Shown here in pieces: positions 14,130-27,937 of a DNA stretch of 64,000 nucleotides. Source of the DNA: Blasia pusilla (Eukaryota); contig CM114271.1 in the NCBI GenBank assembly GCA_050084515.1, positions 31,682,001 through 31,746,000 of the forward strand, given 5' to 3'. Position numbers and translations under genes: made by a program. Each line of letters begins with the position of its first letter. Position 1 is the stretch's first letter. The notes under the pieces are model-generated. The model did no database searches, was not told the origin of the DNA, and was given only the letters and a program-made list of their open reading frames with translations.

Positions 14130-17100
14130 TGGTCACAAATCCATTTTTCTTGAAACTTAGCTAGGGTGAAACATGCAGCTTTGGAACCATGTGGGCCAAA
14201 TTTTAGCTGAAGATGGAAAAGTTGGATAAGATAAAAACTGAAAAGACCTTCTTTTCATTCAAGGTTTGATGGTTCAAATCCAAAAAGGACTTTTAAATTT
14301 TTGAGGTTTTGCTCCCCATTCCATTTTTCTTGAAACTTGGAGACCATGTGGGAAAAATTCAACTCAAGCTGTGAAAGTTTGAAAAGATGAAAAATGAAAA
14401 AACCTTATTTCCATAGAAGGTTTGATGGTTCGGGTCCAAAAAACATTTATTAATTTTTGAGGTTTTCTCACAACTCCATTTTTCTTGAAATTTGGCAAGA
14501 GTGGAGCATGCACCTTGGGGACCATGTGGCCCAGAGGTCAGCTTAAGATGGGAAAGTTGGACAAGATGAAAAATGGAAAAACCCTATTTTCATTGAAGGT
14601 TTGATGGTTTGGCTCCAATAAGGAGTTTTTAATTTTTGAGGTTCTGCTCCCAACTCTATTTTGCTTGAAAATAATATAGAGTACTAGATGCAGCTTGGAG
14701 ACCATGTGGGACAAATTTTAGCTCAAGATGTGAAAGTTGGACAAAATGAAAAATGAAAAAAAAACCTTATTTCTATAGAAGGTCTGATGGTTCAAGTCCA
14801 AAAAGGAGTTATTAATTTGTGAGGTTTTGCTCACAACTCCATTTTTCTTGAAACTTGGCGAGAGTGGAACATGCACCTTGGGGACCATGTGGCCCAGATT
14901 TCATCTCAAGATGGAAAAGTTGGACAAGATGAAAAATGAAAAAACCATATTTTCATTCAGGGTTTGATAGTTCAAATCCAAAAAGGAGTTTTTAATTTTT
15001 GAGGTTTCCTCCCAATTCCATTTTGCTTGAAACTCAAGAAGAGTGCTTGATGCAGTTGGGAGACCATGTGGGCCATATTTTAGCTCAAGATGAGAAAGTT
15101 GGACAAGATGAAAAATAAAAAAAAACCTTATTTCTATAGAAGGTATGATGGTTCGGGTCCAAAAAAGAGTTATTAATTAGTGAGGTTTTGCTCAAAACTC
15201 CATTTTTCTATAAACTAGGCAAGAGTGGAACATGAACGTGGGGACCATGTAGGCGAAATTTCAGCTTAAGATGGGAAAGTTAGACAAGATAAAAGATGAA
15301 AAAACCCTATTTTCATTCAAGGTTTGATGGTTTGAGTCCAAAAAGGACTTTTTAATTTTTTGAGTTTTGCTCCCAACTCCATTTTTCTTGAAACTTGGTA
15401 AAAGGGGGAGCATACATCTTAGGGACAATCAAGGCGAGATTTCAGCTCAAGATGGGAAATTTGGAGAGGATGAAAAATGAAGAAACCCTATTTTCATTTA
15501 AGGTTTGATGGTTCCGGTCCAAAAGGGAGTTATTCATTTGTGAGGTTTTTCTCACAACTCCATTTTTCTTGAAACCTACCAAAAGTGGAACATGCGCCTT
15601 GGGAAGCATGTTAGCTAAATTTTAGCTCAAGATGTGAAAGTTGGACAAGATGAAAAGAAAAAAAACCTTATTTTGATAGAAGGTTTGATGGTTCGGGTCC
15701 ATAAAGGAGTTATTAATTTGTGAGGTTTTTCTCACAACTTGAATTTTCTTGAAACTCGACAAAAGTGGAATGTGACACTTTGAGGACCATGTTGGCTAAA
15801 TTTCAGCTCAAGATGGGAAAGTTGTACAAGATGAAAAGTAAAAAAACCTTATTTTGATAGAAGGTGTGATGGTTTGTGTCCAAAAGGACTTTCCACTTTT
15901 TTAAGCTTGTGGTCCCAACTCCATTTTTCTTGAAACTTGTCAAGAGTGCTAATTTCCCCTTAAAGAGCATGGGGGCCAAATTTCAGCTCAAGATGGGAAA
16001 GTTAGACAAGATGAAAAATGACAACTTTATTTCTATAGAAGGTTTGATGGTTCGGTCCGAAAATAACTTACCAATTTTTTAGCTTGGGGTCCTGACTCCA
16101 TTTTTCTTGAAACTTGGCAAGAAAGCTAGATGCACCTTGAAGACAATGTGGGCCAAATTTCAGCTTAAGATGGAAAAGTTAGACAAGATAAAAAAATAAA
16201 AAGACCTTCTTTTCATTCAAGGTTTAATGGCTCAGGTCCAAAAAACAATTATTAATTTTTTAGGTTTTGCTCACAACTTCATTTCGCTTGAAAGGTAGCA
16301 AGAGTAGAACATGCAGCTTGGGGACCATAAGGGCCAAATGGCATCTCAAGATGGGAAAGTTGGATAAGATGAAAAATGATTTTCATTCAAGGTTTAATGG
16401 TTCAAGTCCAAAAAGGACTTATTAATTTTTGAGGGTCTGCTCACAAGTGAATTTTTCTTGAAACTTATCAAGAGTGTAATTTTCACCTTGGAGACCATGT
16501 TTGCCAAATTTGAGCTCAAGATGGGAAAGTTGGACAAGATGAAAAATGAAAAAACCTTCTTTTCATTCAAGGTTTTATGGTTCGGGTCCAAAAAAGAGTT
16601 ATCTCCTTTTGAGGTTTGGCTCACAACTCCATTTTACTTGAAACTTGGCAAGAGTGGAAAATTCATGTTGGGGAAAATGTGGGCTAGATTTCAACTCAAG
16701 ATGGGAAAGTTCGACAAGATGAAAATTGAAAAAACCCTATTTTCATTCAAGGTTTGATGGTTCGGGTCCAAAAAGGAGTTATTAATTTGTGAGGTTTTGC
16801 TCACAACTCTATTTTTCTTGAAACTTTGCATGAGTGGAACATGCACCTTAGGGACCATGTTTGCTAAATTTTAGCTCAAGATGTGAAATTTTGACAAGAT
16901 GAAAAATGAAAAGACCTTCTTTTCATTCAAGGTTTTATGGTTCGGGTCCAAAAAGGAGTTATGTCTTTTTTAGGTTTTTCTCACAACTCGATTTTTCTTC
17001 AAACTCGGCAAGATTAGAACATGCACCTTAAGGACTATGTGGGAAAAATTTAAGCTCAAGATGGGAAAGTTGGACAAGATGAAAAATTAAAAAAAAACCT

Positions 17101-17255
17101 TATTTCTATAGAAGGTCTGATGGTTCAAGTCCAAAATGGAGTTATTAATTTTTGAGGTTTTTCTCACAACTCCATTTTGCTTGAAACTTGGCAAAAGTAG
17201 AACATGCACCTTGGGGACCATGTTGGCGAAATTTTAGCTCAAGATGGGAAAGTTG
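14130..17255. repeat. ~180-bp tandem satellite array, left block (~17 monomers)
   Basis: The motif ccatttttcttgaaactt...cagctcaagatgggaaagttggacaagatgaaaaatgaaaaaacc...ggttcgggtccaaaaagg recurs at 14141, 14321, 14476 (short unit), 14656, 14839, 15018 and onward. Confidence 0.95.
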
Positions 17256-20200
17256 TGTTGGATTCTCAACATCTACTTCTCTGAGCACCATTAATCTGAT
17301 CGGCCCCCTTGTATGAGGAGAAGCCTAGATTGATGGTTCCAACTTAGACGTCGAAGGAGTCATAGTAATATGACATAGGTGTTTTTTGGAGTAGCGTTAC
17401 TAGGATTATCTAACCCTATATTACATCAGGGTGCGAGGCATCCTGATTCAATATAGGGTTAGATAATCCTAGTAAAATATAGGTTTAGATAGGTTAAAAA
17501 TCCTAGTTTTCCGAGTAGTGAAATAGTCGGGAGCCGCAACGGAAGCATATTCTCGTATGAGTGAAAATAGAAATTGACAAAATCACTGAAATCTATCACA
17601 AAACTTGGAGATACAAAGTGGCCTAGTGCATCTGTGCGGTCACAGAAGAGCTTCGATGGAACCTAAACATGGAGATAAATCGACATACGAGAGTGCGCTA
17701 TCGCTACGGCTCCAGAATATTTCACTACTCGAGGAACTAGGGTTTTTAACCTATTTTTCTTTATTTCTATTAATAGAAAAAATGGCTCTTCTGTGAGTGC
17801 ACGGACGGACTATGCCACTTTCTATCTCCAAGATTTGTGATAGATTTGAGTGATTTCATCACATTCTATTTTCTTACATGGTATCAGAGCAGTAAGTTTT
17901 CCAGTATTTTGTATCTAGAGATCTAGTGTGTTTGCACAAATTCCTGAGAGATGGCTACTTCTTCACCCGTTTGTGCTCGCCCTCCTCCATTGGGTGAAGG
18001 GAAGTTAGATGGGTCTAACTATACAGTATGGAAGTTCAAAATGAGAACCGTCCTCAAATCATTTGAGATATGGGAGATGGCCACAGGGGTCAATTCAAAC
18101 CCACAAGCTACTTTGAGTTATGCACATTCATCTTCATCCGGTGACATCGATCTTGTTGTATTTCTGGCGTGGAAACGTAAAAACGTTGATGCTCTTTATG
18201 CGATTGTCACAAATATAACTGATTGTGTCATGACTCTCATTCAACACACAACCACTGTTATTGAGGTGTGGAACATTGTGAAGAATCAATATGAAACCAT
18301 GAATGAGACTCGGATTCAAAATCTGGACAATCAACTTACGTCCGAGAAATTTTTAGAAGGAGAAAGCACGGAGCAATTTTTGAAGAGGATCAAGAATCTT
18401 CAGGATCAGATGGCATCCGTAAGAATTTCAAAGTCTAGCGAAGATTTGGCATGTCGGTGCATAAGGATTTTGCCTCCAAGGTATGACAATTTGGTTACTA
18501 CATTGAATACTCAAGTAAGACCCACGCCACTTACTTTTGAACAATTTAGTACAATGTTGGTAGAAGAGGAAATGCGCTTCAAAGCAAGAGAGGGAAGTGA
18601 TACAGCATTAACTGCCAACGTACAGGGAGGTAGAAATCAGGATTACAGTTCAAATGTCAAGAAGAAATTTCCAAGGAAAGCCTTCAAATCCTTTTATTGT
18701 GGTAAGCTAGGTCATCCTATCAAAGATTGTAGAAAGAGGAGTCAAGATGAGAAGAACCATTGTTTAAGACCTAAGAAGAAGTCTGGAAATTCTGTAGAAC
18801 TAGGAGAACATGAGGTAGATGATTGGGTAGCAATCCAAGAGTTTTGCACATAGGCAGAACATTCCACCAAGTCAAAGAGTGAAGATGCATCTAGGCATAT
18901 GACCAATCATAAGGATTGATGTAGCTCCTTATAGCCTCTGCAAGAGCCCATCGTTATTATTATTCGGAATAGTGAAAAGTGCCCTGTAGAAGGGAAAGGC
19001 TCAATTTCTTTGGTCTCACAAAAAGGAGATGAAGAGAAGTTAACTGATGTATTAGAAGTACTAGAGTTGAAGTGCAATTTGCTTTCAGTAGTAGTATTTT
19101 GTGATCGTGACTTAGAAGTTTGTTTCAAGAAATTTGGAGTAGTCCTTGAGGACGCCAATAGGAAGGTAGTGGGTGAAGGTATACGACGTGGAAATATCTA
19201 TGAGTTGTATGCTTTCACGACAAGTGTAAGTACAGATCTTAGTAGCAATAAGTTGTGGCATGAAAGATTTGGTCACCTAAGCTTTCCCTTACTAAGTCAG
19301 ATGCAGAAATCAGACATGGTTGTTGATTTACCAATAATTTTTGGATTGTCGGATATATGTGAAGCTTGTATGATGGGCAAGCAACACCGACAACCATTTC
19401 CACAAGAATCCAGCAATAGAGCAAAGGCTCCTCTAGAGGTGATACATGCTGACCTCTGTGGTAAAATGAGAACAGTGGCATTAGGTGGTTCTTCCTACTT
19501 CTTTTTAGTTATCGACGATTATAGTAGGAAGATGTGGGTGTATTTCCTTCATGATAAGGCTGGTGATTTTGGAAAATTTAAAGTATGGCACAAGATGGTT
19601 GAGAATGAGAGAGGAAATAAGGTACATAAGCTTTGCATCGATCGAGGAGGAGAATTCTTATCAACAGAATTCAACAAATACTTGGGGGAGCTTGAAATCA
19701 AGCAAGAGTTAACCACAACACATACACCACAACAAAATGGAGTTGTTGAACGTCGAAACTGTACAGTGGTGGAGATGGCAAGATGTATGATGAAAGCGAA
19801 AGGTTTGACAGAAGGTGGGCTGAAGCTGTTAATACTTCCGTTTTTATTCTAAATAGAAGTGCTACCAAGTCAGTGCAAGGCATGACTCCTAATCAAGCAT
19901 ACTCAGGTAAGGTACCCTCAGTCCAACACTTCAAGACTTATGGTAGTGAGTGCTTTGTAGATATTCCTGAAGCATCAAGGACCAAGCTAGAGTCCAAGTG
20001 CAGGAAGTGCATCTTTATGGGATACAATGATGAGTCTAAAGCTTATCAACTATGATGTCCTAAGCCAAAGAATATGCTTATAAGTCGTGATGTGGTGTTC
20101 TAGGAAAAACCTCGTCAAGTGGCGGATTTTTGTGGTCCGTCCATATTATCATCAAACGAAGAGATAACCCACCAGAGCACACCATCAATGTTTACATCGG

Positions 20201-21369
20201 ATCATCAAGAAGAAGAATTTGGTGATGATTACAGAGAACAACCTGCTCTTACTCTACGATCGTCATACCCTACGTGGATAAAGCAGCTCTTGGATGGTAA
20301 GGATCCACCAACAACTGATAAAGTTGTTACATATCCAAGGAGATCCAAGAGACTAGAGGAGCAGAATAGAGTTTTCGCACATCTTGTCAATGTGGCCCTA
20401 ATGACACAGGTCTTGAAGGAAAAAGAGACATCATGCTTGGATGAGGCTCTTGCTCATCCTCAATGGAGAGAGGCCATGCAGATGGAGATGGACGCTATTA
20501 AAAGAAATGAAACTTGGACTTTGCTTAAGAAGCCAAAGGACAGGAAGATAAAACGGACCAAATTGATGTACAAGACCAAGTACAAGTCGGACGGTATATT
20601 GGATTAACTCAAAGCGAGATTGGTTGCACAAGGATGTTCACATATCAAAGGTTTTGATTACTATGAGACTTTTGCTCTTAGTGCAAGGATGACAACCATT
20701 TGAATTGTTCTAGTGGTGGCAGGAACAAGACGTTGTCCTATATACCAATACGACGTGAAGTTTTCTTTTCTCAACGGGAGTCTCAAGGAGGAGGTGTATG
20801 TATCTCAACCACCTAGTTTTGAGACACCCGGATCAGAAAAGAAAGTGTGTTTGCTTTATTGAGCATTGTATGGGTTGAAGCAAGCCCCAAGGGTATGGTA
20901 TCAACGAATAGATACATTCCTCTGAGAGAGGGGTCTCATCAAGAGTCCATCAAAAGCAAATTTGTATGTGTTTTGCGAAGATGGGAAGCATATGTTGATA
21001 GTCCTCTATGTGGATGATCTAATCATCACATGATATCACAATAAGAAAATAGAGGAAATGAAGGAAGTGTTGAAATCTGAGTTTGAAATGTCAGATTTAG
21101 GTCTTTTGCACTACTTTATAGGGCTGGAGATTTACTACATGAGTTTTTTTCTGTTAATAGAAACGAAGAAAAATAGGAAAAAAACTCTAGTTTCCCGAGT
21201 AGTGAAATAGTTGGGAGCTGCAGCGGTAGCGTATTCTCGTATGTCGAGTTATCTCCATATTCAGGTTCCATCGAAGCTCTTCTGTGAGCGCACAGATGGA
21301 CTATGCCACTTTGTATCTCCAAGATAGATAATAAATTTCAGTGATTTCATCACATTTTGTTTTCTCACA
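17256..21369 (+). mobile_element. Ty1/copia family A copy 2, inserted in the satellite; rearranged 5' LTR; RNase H and the first half of the 3' LTR deleted
   Basis: TG at 17256 and CA at 21369, with TSD agttg/agttc. PBS tggtatcagagc at 17879-17890. gag ORF 17951-18853 and integrase ORF 19010-19852. RT breaks at ~21130 and jumps into the LTR 3' half at ~21144. Confidence 0.93.
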
Positions 21370-23105
21370 AGTTCGATGAGATGAAAAATGAAGAAACCTT
21401 ATTTTGATAGAAGGTCTTATGGTTCGGGTCCAAAAGGACTTGCCACTTTTTGAGCTTGTGGTCTCAACTCCATTTTTCTTGAAACCTATCAAGATTGCTA
21501 GATGCACCTTAAAGACCATTTGGGCCAATTTCAGCTCAAGATGGGAAAGTTAAACAAGATGCAAAATGAGAATTTTGATAGAAGATCTGATGGTTTGGGT
21601 CCAAAAAGGACTTACCAATTTTTGAGCTTGTGGTCCTAACTCCATTTTTCTTGACACTTGGAAAGAGTGCTAGATGCACCTTGGAGACCATGTGGGCAAA
21701 ATATAAGCTCAACAGAGAAAATTTGGACACGATGAAAAATGAAAAGACCTTCCTTTCATTCAAGCTTTAATGGTTTAGGTCCAAAAAGGAGTTATTAATT
21801 TTTGAGGTTCTGCTCGTAACTCCATTTTGCTTGAAACTTGGCAAGAGTGGAACATGCATCTTGGGGATTATGTTTTCCAAAGTTCAGCTCAACATGGGAA
21901 AGTTGGACAAGATAAGAAATGAAAATACGTCCTTTTCATTCAAGGTTTAATGGTTCAGGTCCAAAAAGGAGTTATCTCTTTTTGAGGTTTTACTCACAAC
22001 TCCATTTTCCTTGAAACTTGGCAATAGTGGAACATGTACCTTGGGGAACATGTGGGCCATATTTTAGCTCAAGATGGAAAGGTAAGACAAGATGAAAAGT
22101 AAAAAAACCTTATTTTTATTCAAGGTTTAGGGTTCAGTCCAAAAAAGATTTATTAATTTGTGAGGTTCTGCTCACAACTCAAATTTTTGTGAAACTTGGC
22201 AAGAGTGTAACATGAACTTTGGGAACCATCTTGGCCAAATTTCAGCTCAAGATGGGAGTGTTGGACAAGATGAAAAATGAAAAAATATTTTTTTGGTAGA
22301 AGGTGAATGGTTCGGGTCCAAAAATAAGTTATTAATTTGTGAGGTTTTGCGCACAATTCCATTCTTCTTGCAACTTGGCAAGAGTGGAATGTGGATCTTG
22401 GGGACCATGTTGGCCAAATTTTAGCTTAAGATGGGAAATTTTGACAAGATGAAAAATGAAAAAATCTTATTTTGATAAAAGGTCTAATAGTTCGGGTCCA
22501 AAAAGGACTTGCCAATTTTTGAACTTGTTGTTCCAACTCCATTTTTTTGGAAACTTGTCAAGAGTGTTAGATGAACCTTGAAGACCATGTGGGCCACATT
22601 TCAGCTAAAGATGGAAAATTTGGACAATATGAAAAATGAAAAAAAATTATTTTGATAGAAGGTCTTATGGTTCGGGTCCAAAAGGACTTGCCAATTTTTG
22701 AGCTTGTGGTCCCCCATTCCATTTTTCTTGAAACTTGGCAAGACTTCTTGATGCATCTTGGAAACCATGTGGGCCAAATTTCAGCTCAATATGAGAAATT
22801 TGGACAAGATGAAAAATGAAAAAAACCTTATTTCTACAAAAGGTCTGATGGTTCAGGTCCAAAAAGGACTTAACGAGTTTTGATCTTGTGGTCCCAACTC
22901 CACTTTGCTTGAAACTTGGAAAGAGTGCTAGATGCACCTTGGAGACCATGTGGGCCAAATGTCAGCTCAAGATGGAAAAGTTAAAGATCTTTTTTTCCAT
23001 TCAAGGTTTACGGCTTCGGGTCCAGAAGGTCAATTTTTAAGTTGTGGTCAAAACTTCATTTGGTTTGAGACTTTGCAAGAGTGATAGATGTAGCTTGGGG
23101 ACCAT
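21370..23105. repeat. ~180-bp tandem satellite array, right block (~9-10 monomers)
   Basis: Same monomer as 14130-17255; it resumes in register after the copia TSD. Confidence 0.93.
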
Positions 23106-23343
23106 TTGCACTATTCTATAATTAAAATCTTAGAAGAGTTATTTCATTTCACTCTAGTAAGTAATTACACTCTTCAATTCAAATGTAAATGATATCCTAG
23201 TCCCGTAAGTAAATTTGAACCAAATCTATTCCTTCTTCATTAAAATTCAATTTCCCTTTCCATTACATATGAATCAAGCCACAAATAATTTTTTTATCTA
23301 ACATTCAATCTTTTAAAAATTTAGTAAGATTTATATTCACCTA

Positions 23344-23550
23344 CTAGTGAGGTGTCCGTGTTGTGCACGTGTAGATTTCCAAATCTCCATCATTAGCTCT
23401 CCTCAACCATAAACGACCAGAAAAACAGAAAAAGGCATACTTTAGGGTGGCACAAAGAAAAAATAATTCAAACTGGATTGGCACGTGTCGAATGGGGAGC
23501 AGGTACGAATGAGAAGGGGTTTGCTAATAATAATATATATTATAGTAGTA
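23344..23550 (-). mobile_element. Probable non-autonomous mini-Helitron
   Basis: The minus-strand 3' end reads CGTG-cacaa-CACG-gacacctca-CTAG|T (short hairpin plus CTAG). The AT-rich minus-strand 5' region 'ctactataatatatattatt' resembles Helitron starts. The 5' boundary is approximate. Confidence 0.5.
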
Positions 23551-24467
23551 AATAAATAATGAATTAATAAGTATTTTTTTTTTCTATTCCACCCAAATCC
23601 CTTTTGAATTCTACCCCATGCAATATTGGTCACTAAACATAATTCATACATGATTTTCCTTTACAATTCAATTCAAATATATATTTTCCTTTATTAATTT
23701 TGGAAAAAAATTCATCCCTTTTCCAATCCCCATCTTTCAATAAATAAAAGAAAGTCATTTATTTTGATGAGTTAGTAATTTTTGAGGAGTTTGTAATAAA
23801 TAAAATATTTAAATTTATATCAAACAAACCTTTCAATTATCGTATCTTCCACCTTTTATCCAAGGACTTATAACCCAAGAGAAAAATTTCATCCATTTCA
23901 TGAACTCGCTTCATGGACAACATTCGTGACTGACTCACATTCACAAGTCTCCTCAATGGAATATTTTGAATTTTTTTGAGAATATATTTACAAAAAATAA
24001 GGAGTACCCCACAAAACAGCTGGATTGAGAGGAACCTAATACTTATGTACATTACAAAGATATAAATATGAACTCATTCTATCTAATTTCATTCATCATT
24101 AGAGATATGTAATACCGGTGAAGACGTCTCACAAACTCTTCCTCCTCTTCCCTTAGCTCTAGTCATGCACATCCCACCTCCATGAGGAATAGTCCTTTCC
24201 AACTCAACATCGACTTCACCATCATTTTTTCTTATGTTGGCTCCGTCGGAAACATCTACCACTCTCTCTCAAAGAATCCAAAGAGTTCCTCCTGCATTCG
24301 ACGAGGGTAATAGTATGTTCGAGGATATCCGCCTTCAATCTTTTGAGGAATATCTTGCCATAAGAAAGGTGGCAAGGTCAATTCAAGTCTCCTCAAAACA
24401 AGGTCATCTACCAATAGATTTTGATGATGGTTTAGAACAAGTTGTCGAGTTGTGTTGAGGGCGTCTC

Positions 24468-24797
24468 CAAGGTTGCATGTGGAGAAAGTTTGTGTCTATG
24501 GACATGTCCATGTCTATGGACTCATGTCCGTCCTATGGAAGGACTTGTCCATATGGGCCCCACCTTTCCCTTCTTTCTCCTTCCCCTTACTTGCCTTTGT
24601 GTTCCATACTCCCCCGTTTCTTCATCCCTCCACCTCCACTCCCTCCTTCCTTATTGCTCCACTTATCCTTGCCTTGTCTTCCATCAAGGGCTATAAGTGT
24701 AGGTCCCACCTCTTGGAACCTATGTCCGTGGACATTTCCGGACTTGCCCATCCATGTCCGTCCTAAGGAAGGACTTGTCCGTTTCTGTGCAACCATG
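24468..24797. mobile_element. hAT-type MITE, copy 2 (opposite orientation to copy 1)
   Basis: Termini CAAGGTTGCA...TGCAACCATG; 8-bp TSD ggcgtctc/ggcatctc (7/8); internal homology to 7428-7717. Confidence 0.85.
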
Positions 24798-25079
24798 GGC
24801 ATCTCAAACTTTCTATGGATTCAACCCCTGAGCAAAGAAGAAGTTTTCCACCTCTCAATTTTGGAGATCAATGGCTATTCCGTGGATGAGCTCTCCTCAA
24901 TTATACATGTCAATGAAGCAGACTTGTTACGCTCGTATTGCCTGATCAATTCTCTGTTGACGAGGGATTTTTGCTTGAACCACCCTGTCTATGTTCACTT
25001 CAAGGTTATAGTTTGATCGGTGGCTACGATTTCCCGAACTAAAAGTGAAATTTTCCTGCTCTTGGGTTTGCTTGCGATA

Positions 25080-26080
25080 TGTGGGTGGTGCATTGCCATC
25101 AAGAGCGTGGAAAGATATATCGAAAAGGTGATAGTCTTTTTGACCAAGCTTGTCTACAAGCTGGACACTTGTGAGATAGTAGCATGGCCTTTTGAAGACA
25201 ATATGGATGCCAATAACAAGCTTTACATGTACCTCTCACATAGCAACCTTCTACAACAATGGGGTTGAAGCAAATAATGAATTTGGGAAATTTTTTTGGC
25301 GTGAGAGCCCCTCCTTCACTTACTACGATTTCCTTTATCCAATCCAGAAGATCTTGCATTTGTGTGCTTGGATTAAGAGGTATTGGTGGCAACATCATAG
25401 AGGCACAGTTTGCAGTGTTTGGATATATGACACTGTCCCATGTTGCGCGTAGAGCTGGAGGCCACAACTACTCGATACGTTGAAATAAGATCATTTCAAC
25501 CTCCTTCATGAGACAAACCTCAAGTAGAGTTGTCTCGGGGTGAGTTCTCCCACGTTACCCCTTGCTCTCCATCGCAACAGTTCATCCATCTCTTGTTATC
25601 GTCTTGTCATGATGTTCTCGTATGCTCTCCTCCACTGCTCCGTATGGTCAACCATTAGAGCTCTTTGCCTTCTATGGAGGTCATCACTAACAATAGATTC
25701 ATTCAAAAGTCTCTCATCTCTCTCTTCAATCTGATGTGCACCTCATATAGTTGTTCATACTTCCCCTTCAAAACGTTGTATTCCGCGACTAAATCAACAT
25801 TGCGTTGGGAATTTGTCATTAAAATCTACAACTATGATAGATGAGACATTACCTTGCTATTATCCGGAGCATTCTCCCCACAAAAGGTTTGGGGAGGAGC
25901 ACCGTTATGTACATGGAAATCAGAACTCTCCTTGGGCTCATCAAAGCTCGTACTACGACCTACATAGAGGTCATTCAAACCATCTCGTCTATCCTTTTCC
26001 CCCATCTGCACTCGCACTTCATTGATCTCCACTCTTTTCTTTTATATCTTCTTCAACACGATGATTTATTTTTTGACCAT
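25080..26080 (-). pseudogene. Coiled-coil plus RING-finger protein gene (degenerate), probable transposon cargo
   Basis: ORF 25099-25467 contains ICFNPIVVEGCYVRGTCKACYWHPYCLQKAMLLSHKCPACRQAW, a RING-like Cys/His spacing with the first Cys lost. Charged helical sequence upstream is interrupted by stops. Confidence 0.6.
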
Positions 26081-27937
26081 GAAAGGAAGATAGTATGGCT
26101 CTAAGGCTCCTTGAAAATGAGGCGCAGTAAGAGGATAGGAAGAGAGGAAGAGAGGAGAGAGGAAGAAAGGAGAGAGGAGAGAGGATACTACCTTCAACCC
26201 AAAGAGATACAATTTTATGAAGAGAGCTTCCTGTGGTTTGAAGAGAGGAAATTTTTTTAGTGAATATTTTTGCAATTCTTCTGACTCTGCTCAGTCCCTT
26301 CCACATATTTTTTTTCCCTCTTCTCCATTGTGGCAACCCGTTTGAATCCGACAGGTTGCAAGTTGCAAATTTCCAAAAAAAACTTAACAATCATTGGAAT
26401 CAATAATGTGGAAGAAATCACTTTTTCCATCCAAGGTTTCGAACAAATCTATCATTTCGAATAGAGTTCAAGCTCACGATGAACATTTTGGAAATTTAAA
26501 GTACAATGTAAGATCTCATTTTGCATCCTCAAAGTGTTTTGTTTAAAATACTTCGCACTTCTTTGAGGGACAAAATTGGTTGGTGGATTCCTACTCCTAC
26601 CTCCGAATCTCTTAAAACTACAATCAATACATAGTACATGTGCTAACAAGGGAAATATCTTTTCCCAATTGTCTCTCTTTGGACAAAGTCATCATAGGAA
26701 CATGCGGGAAAGCAACAGATGTGTACCACATACACCCCTGTCACACTTGAATTCATAGTGTTGTTCTTGACCCAATACATCCTTCCTATTCCATTGCCAC
26801 TATGAACGTCTTTTGTGGTGATGATTTCCATGTTTGCCTCTCGAGCTTATGCGATTCGCTTTGCTCTCTACACCGTTGGCCTACACATTCTGGTTCTCTT
26901 CACCCCATTTCTTGACTCGAACACAAATAGTGGATTGAGATCATCCACCTTCTGTGGGTACATGTCAATATCAATCTTGGGTTGAATCCAAAATGCAAAG
27001 GTCTCTGTAATGCAAACATGCTCCAAACTCCCTCCGTCTACGAGTCTGAAACCGGCACTTGTAAGATTGTCCACTTCCTTCTGAGTGCAATTGGTACCTA
27101 CAGCAATGGGCCAAATCGTGGAGATATTCCCTGGAGCTCCAATGGCGGCCGGATAAGACTTTCGGAAAGCGCACGATTCATTGGGCAGAAGAAGTACTTC
27201 AATTGATCCGGGGTTGCTTCGAGAAATATGCCACCGCTTGAGGTTGCAATCCACCTCAATGACCAGAATCCCATACTGTTGAACTACCCTCGAGACTGTA
27301 TGGTGGGAAGTTCCAGCAACAGAGGGGTTTTGAAATAAAACATTCATTGCTTTTGCAAAAGATAGGTCAACTCGAATTTGGAAGCAGTCCGGTGTCTCCG
27401 AATACCTGAGCGGGGTAATTTCCTCATCCAAATCAATCATCGGATTCTTTCCTCGATGTGAGGCTTGACTTGCTTGAAGTCAATGTACTTATCAGGTCTC
27501 CAAGAGTCTCGTTCAGACTACTCTACAACCATCTATATGGGACGTCTTGAAACACGCCCACAAATGTCCCCACCAATGTGGACGTATTTCTCGAGAGGAG
27601 ATCCAGCTACGCACCAATTGAAAGCTTCCACATACAATTTCTCATCCCTAGATCTAACAGCAGCTAACATAGAGCTCGTAAATCGAAGGGTCCTTTCCCT
27701 TGGTTACGCCCTAAGTGAGGAAGATGTGGGAGGCTACTGATTGTAGCATTGCTCTTGCCTGGTCTTGTTGGCATGCCTTAACAAGAGATATTTTTTGAGA
27801 TGTATGTGATGATCTCCAAGAGAAATGGACACTCTCGGCTCCGCTTGTGTTGGGAAAGAGGGCGTTTTCGTGAATGTTAAGTCCCTACACACGAAAACTT
27901 ATCAATTGATGGAGGGAACGCCCAAGTGATGAATGCT

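Noticed and set aside
15876-22958. ORFs within the satellite (e.g. 15876-16082, 16458-16757, 22665-22958)
   Set aside because: Chance open frames of the 180-bp repeat with no protein features.
24442-25016. Overlapping ORFs up to 179 aa (also 7459-7761)
   Set aside because: They run through the low-complexity purine/pyrimidine interior of the hAT MITE.
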